From an uncultured delta proteobacterium (lineage in GTDB: Bacteria > Myxococcota_A > Polyangia > Polyangiales > Polyangiaceae): a DNA stretch of 64,000 nt. The notes under the pieces were generated by a model. That model was not told the origin of the DNA. It ran no database searches and saw only the letters and a list, made by a program, of their open reading frames with translations. Positions 61,091 through 64,000 of this stretch are shown piece by piece. Position 1 is the stretch's first letter, and each line of letters starts with the position of its first letter. A program made the position numbers and the translations under genes. The stretch lies in the NCBI GenBank assembly GCA_963696385.1, contig CAVOKF010000007.1:128001-192000 (forward strand), given 5' to 3'.

Positions 61091-61806
61091 AGGAGGTTTC
61101 CCAACCCCGGCGTGTACGACCCGCCGACCACCGACGGCGTGATGAGCGTGACGTTGCCGTTGACCGCGCCGCTGAACGTCGACATCGCAGCGTTGTGGCT
61201 AATCGCTGTGGCCGAAAGCTCGATTTGGCTCGCCTGGATCGTGACGGTGCCGCTCGAGGTGATCGTGACGCCCGACGGACCCGTCTCGACCGTGTTGCCG
61301 TTGCTGTCTTCGATCGTGATGGTTGCGGCCCCGTCTTGCAGCGTGATCTGCTGACCGCCCGGCGTCTGGACGATCAGCGCCTCGCTGCCGGTTGTGTCGT
61401 CGAGCGTGATCTTCACGCCGTTTCGGGAGCAGAAAAGCTTGGTGTTGTTGCTCCCGGCCGAGTCCATCGACGCCGGCGGGGCGTCCTGCCCGTTCCAGAG
61501 GCCTCCGATCACGTAGGGCCTGCGCGGGTCGCCGGCTTCGAACGCCACGAGCACTTCATCGTTCACGTCCGGGACGAAGAAGCTGCCGCGGTTGTTTCCG
61601 CCCATCATCGTGGCCAGACGGGCCCAGGTCTCGTAGCGCGCACCGCTCGAATCGGGCGACCACGGCAGCGCGACCTTCACGCGCGCCTGCCCGTCGGGAT
61701 CCACAATGTGGGTCACCTGCGCCGGGAACACGCCGAAAAACCGTCCCCCGAGGCCGTGTTCCGAGCGATCCCCCAGGATCGTTTCGACCAGCGACTTCTC
61801 GATCAT
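61087..61806 (-). CDS. Baseplate assembly protein V / gp5-like spike
   Basis: DPDGQARVKV..PW, WARL, GSFFVPDVNDEVLVAFE.GD...PYVIG.LWN; beta-helix repeats. Confidence 0.93.
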   Translation of the reverse strand: MIEKSLVETILGDRSEHGLGGRFFGVFPAQVTHIVDPDGQARVKVALPWSPDSSGARYETWARLATMMGGNNRGSFFVPDVNDEVLVAFEAGDPRRPYVIGGLWNGQDAPPASMDSAGSNNTKLFCSRNGVKITLDDTTGSEALIVQTPGGQQITLQDGAATITIEDSNGNTVETGPSGVTITSSGTVTIQASQIELSATAISHNAAMSTFSGAVNGNVTLITPSVVGGSYTPGLGNLL

Positions 61807-61828
61807 CGCGAGGCGCCTTTCGCCGTCT

Positions 61829-62899
61829 TCATGACGAACCCAACCCGGGTCGCTCGGCACAAAACTCCGTGCGCAGGCCCTTGACACCGTCGAACATGTG
61901 GGTGACCTCCGTCACGTAATACGTGCCCTCGAAGAGCGGCCCGAGGCCGGTGAGATCCACGTAGGCTCCGACGCGCAGACCAGGGTCGGTGTCGGCCACG
62001 CCGCGCACGCTCAAGAACGTCCTCGCGAAGGCCCGGAAATGGGCCTCGGCACGCGCCTGCGCTTCGGCCTGCGTCCAGGGCACCGTGTGCACGATCGTGT
62101 CGTTTCGAGTGCCGAAGCTGCTCTGGACCACGCTGGCTCCGCTGGTATTGCCGCCGAGCTCGCTCCCGAGCACCGAATCGGTCGCCTGGGACTGGATGGC
62201 CTGCTTGGCCGACACGTCCCATCCGCTGACGGTGAGTGCCGTTCGTTGGTTGGCCAGATCGGCGCTGACGACCACTTCCCGGAGCTCGTGCTTATAGCCC
62301 AGCGTGAGCGAGGCCCCCCGCCTGTGCTCGCGCGCCTGCGCGTGAAGTGTCGTTCCGTCCATCCAGACCTCGGCATCGACGGCCCGGGCGCGGTCGCGAA
62401 TCAGCGCCAGATCGCTCTGGTTGACCTGCGCGATGACGCGGTACTGCGGCCCCTGCACGTCGATGCTCGGGGTGAGGCCGTGCGCGCTCGCGATCGTGCT
62501 GAACAGGTCCGCGTCCGTGATGTTCTCGAACGTTTGCGTCCGGCGCGTCATGCGAAGCTCCTGGAACCGATCCTCGGCCAGAACGCCGATCTCGATCTGG
62601 GTGTCCTCGGGGAAGCGTCCCTCGAGCGCCGAGATCGTCCCTTCGAACATGGATTGACCGGCCAGCGAAATTTGAAGCGACTTGCCGAAGTCCAGAAGCG
62701 ACCGATCGAAGTAGAGAAACCCCGTGCCGCCCTGACCCAGGGGGCCCCAGTTGCCGACGACGAGCTCGCACCGGTAAAGGCCCAGGATCGTCTCGGTGAT
62801 GCTCATACCCAGAAGCCCCTGCGTGAGCGAGGGCTGGTTTTGCCCTGCGATCGAGACGGTCGGCCGCAGGGCGCTGATGCTGGTGGAGTCGGTGGTCAT
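61829..62899 (-). CDS. Phage late control gene D / VgrG-hub-like protein
   Basis: FEG.I.ALE, AEDR...LRM.RR, Q.NQSDL, LRVG..V...GLG..FEG.YYVT.V.H. Confidence 0.92.
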   Translation of the reverse strand: MTTDSTSISALRPTVSIAGQNQPSLTQGLLGMSITETILGLYRCELVVGNWGPLGQGGTGFLYFDRSLLDFGKSLQISLAGQSMFEGTISALEGRFPEDTQIEIGVLAEDRFQELRMTRRTQTFENITDADLFSTIASAHGLTPSIDVQGPQYRVIAQVNQSDLALIRDRARAVDAEVWMDGTTLHAQAREHRRGASLTLGYKHELREVVVSADLANQRTALTVSGWDVSAKQAIQSQATDSVLGSELGGNTSGASVVQSSFGTRNDTIVHTVPWTQAEAQARAEAHFRAFARTFLSVRGVADTDPGLRVGAYVDLTGLGPLFEGTYYVTEVTHMFDGVKGLRTEFCAERPGLGSS

Positions 62900-62922
62900 G
62901 GGATCTTCGCTTTCGCCCGCGA

Positions 62923-63099
62923 TCAGTGCGCCCAGACGCGCAAGCCGCGCTCGCGCAGGTGGCGCTGGATCCGAAAGACGTCCCGGGCGCCGACCGAGCT
63001 CGGCGGATCGCTCGGTTTCGCTTGGGGCCCCGACGCCTTGCCCGCGGCCGCCTGGTCCGGCCCCGGCACGACCTCGATTTCGTGGATGATGACCGGCAT
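62923..63099 (-). CDS. Small hypothetical eCIS protein, 58 aa (absent from the ORF track)
   Basis: MPVIIHEIEVVP...RHLRERGLRVWAH fills the gap between tube and hub genes. Confidence 0.7.
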   Translation of the reverse strand: MPVIIHEIEVVPGPDQAAAGKASGPQAKPSDPPSSVGARDVFRIQRHLRERGLRVWAH

Positions 63100-63105
63100 C
63101 GTCTC

Positions 63106-63996
63106 TTACCCGACGGTGAAGGCCGTGCTCGCGCTCGCGGACACGCTCCCGCTGATGCCCCCCCCGACGGTCCCGCCGACAGTTGCGCCGACCGTGCCGC
63201 TGGCGTCGACGCTCGCCGCCGCGGAGACGCTCCCGCCGACGCCCCCGCCCAGCACGCCGTTCACCCCGACGGCGACCGCGCCCAGCGCACCGGTGCTTGC
63301 GCCCACGCTGATGCCGCCGGTCAAATCGGCGCTCATGTCGATGAGCTGCCCGGTCGCCAGCATGCGCGGGTTGTCGATCCCGTTGGCCGCGGCGATCGAT
63401 TGCCAGTCGCTCCCACGGCCGGCAGCCGTCGCCATCGATTGAATCGAAGCGCCCTGCGGGCTCGCCGTGAGCGGGGCGTTGCCCGGCGCCGTCGGATCGC
63501 TCTGCTGGCCGGTCGTGATGAATTGAATGGTTTGGTCGACGAGCGAAAAGGACACGCTCGCACGCTGGGGTTTGCCGTCGGGCGAGAAGTACTCGATGTT
63601 CTCTTCGATCGAATCCATGATCCCTTGAAATACGAAGGTGCCCCACTGGAATCGGACAAAAAGGGGGCTGAAGCTCCCCGGCGTAGCGCCGGCCGTCTGG
63701 ACGGGAGCGGGAATCATGAAGTTGACCACGGTCTTCGTGAGCGTTCGCACGTCGGTGGTCCCCGTGAGACTGGTCCCGGCGTCGAACCAGATCTGCCCCG
63801 ACATCTTCGTCGTTCCCGACCCGATGAACTGAAGCGCCGCCGGGCCGCGCTGGTCGCCTGCACCCTTCGGAGGCTGGATCTGATTCGCATAACTGACCTT
63901 GAGCGACTCGGGGTTGAACTGAACGGGGACTCGGGCCGCCAGCTCCTTTTGGAACGCCGAGTTCATCTGGACGAAATAGGCCTTCTCCAGGTTCAT
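63106..63996 (-). CDS. CIS tube-initiator-type protein with LysM-like domain and Gly/Ala/Ser/Val-rich tail
   Basis: VQFNPESL, FQWG.F.F.G...S..E...YFSPDG.P.RA.V, WQSIAAANGIDNPR. Confidence 0.9.
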   Translation of the reverse strand: MNLEKAYFVQMNSAFQKELAARVPVQFNPESLKVSYANQIQPPKGAGDQRGPAALQFIGSGTTKMSGQIWFDAGTSLTGTTDVRTLTKTVVNFMIPAPVQTAGATPGSFSPLFVRFQWGTFVFQGIMDSIEENIEYFSPDGKPQRASVSFSLVDQTIQFITTGQQSDPTAPGNAPLTASPQGASIQSMATAAGRGSDWQSIAAANGIDNPRMLATGQLIDMSADLTGGISVGASTGALGAVAVGVNGVLGGGVGGSVSAAASVDASGTVGATVGGTVGGGISGSVSASASTAFTVG

Positions 63997-64000
63997 CAGG

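Larger units (their letters stand above)
35547..64000 (-). other. Extracellular contractile injection system (eCIS) gene cluster, distal part
   Basis: Contiguous co-oriented tail, baseplate, DUF4157 and AAA genes; no capsid, portal or terminase; sheath, tube and cap genes presumably lie beyond the right edge. Confidence 0.92.

Noticed and set aside
63120..63320. DNA tandem repeat (CCGCCGAC-like units)
   Set aside because: Explained by low-complexity Gly/Val/Ser coding rather than an independent repeat element.
62900..63646. N-terminal extension of the hub ORF (61829..63646)
   Set aside because: Overlaps the tube gene and the 58-aa gene; the real start is ATG 62899.
35547..64000. Prophage or T6SS interpretation of the tail genes
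   Set aside because: No capsid, portal, terminase or integrase, and no TssJLM/ClpV; DUF4157 plus an Afp15-like ATPase indicate an eCIS.

Overview
High-GC bacterial DNA, probably Myxococcota/Polyangiaceae-like (inferred from Cys-rich lipoproteins and a MYXO-CTERM-like sorting tail). It has three parts. (1) 1-21 kb is a patchwork of small genes: GNATs including an AAC(3)-I homologue, PAP2, SRPBCC, ArsR, oxidoreductases, a PAS hybrid kinase with a divergent receiver, and orphan lipoproteins. It also holds a lower-GC LysM / putative toxin / putative immunity triplet. (2) 21-35.5 kb is an accessory block: a large Cache-like membrane protein, other membrane proteins and lipoproteins, two gene remnants, and a cytoplasmic metallopeptidase - MBL hydrolase - patatin operon. 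The patatin is split by a complete IS66 (32555-35375, 8-bp TSD CGCGCGCG). (3) 35.5-64 kb is the distal half of a minus-strand extracellular contractile injection system (eCIS) operon: tube/LysM, hub, spike, gp25, baseplate J, tail/wedge, fibre-like, tape-measure-like, DUF4157-nuclease effector and AAA ATPase. Unusually, it has two multi-domain glycosyltransferase genes and a secreted surface protein built in, while several structural proteins carry repeated (G/S/A/D)-S-P-P motifs. My best candidate for a new system is a glycosylated eCIS. Five apparent +1 frameshifts all sit in or beside GATC and are probably sequencing artefacts. No rRNA, tRNA or CRISPR array was seen. All family calls are by motif recognition; no database searches were run.
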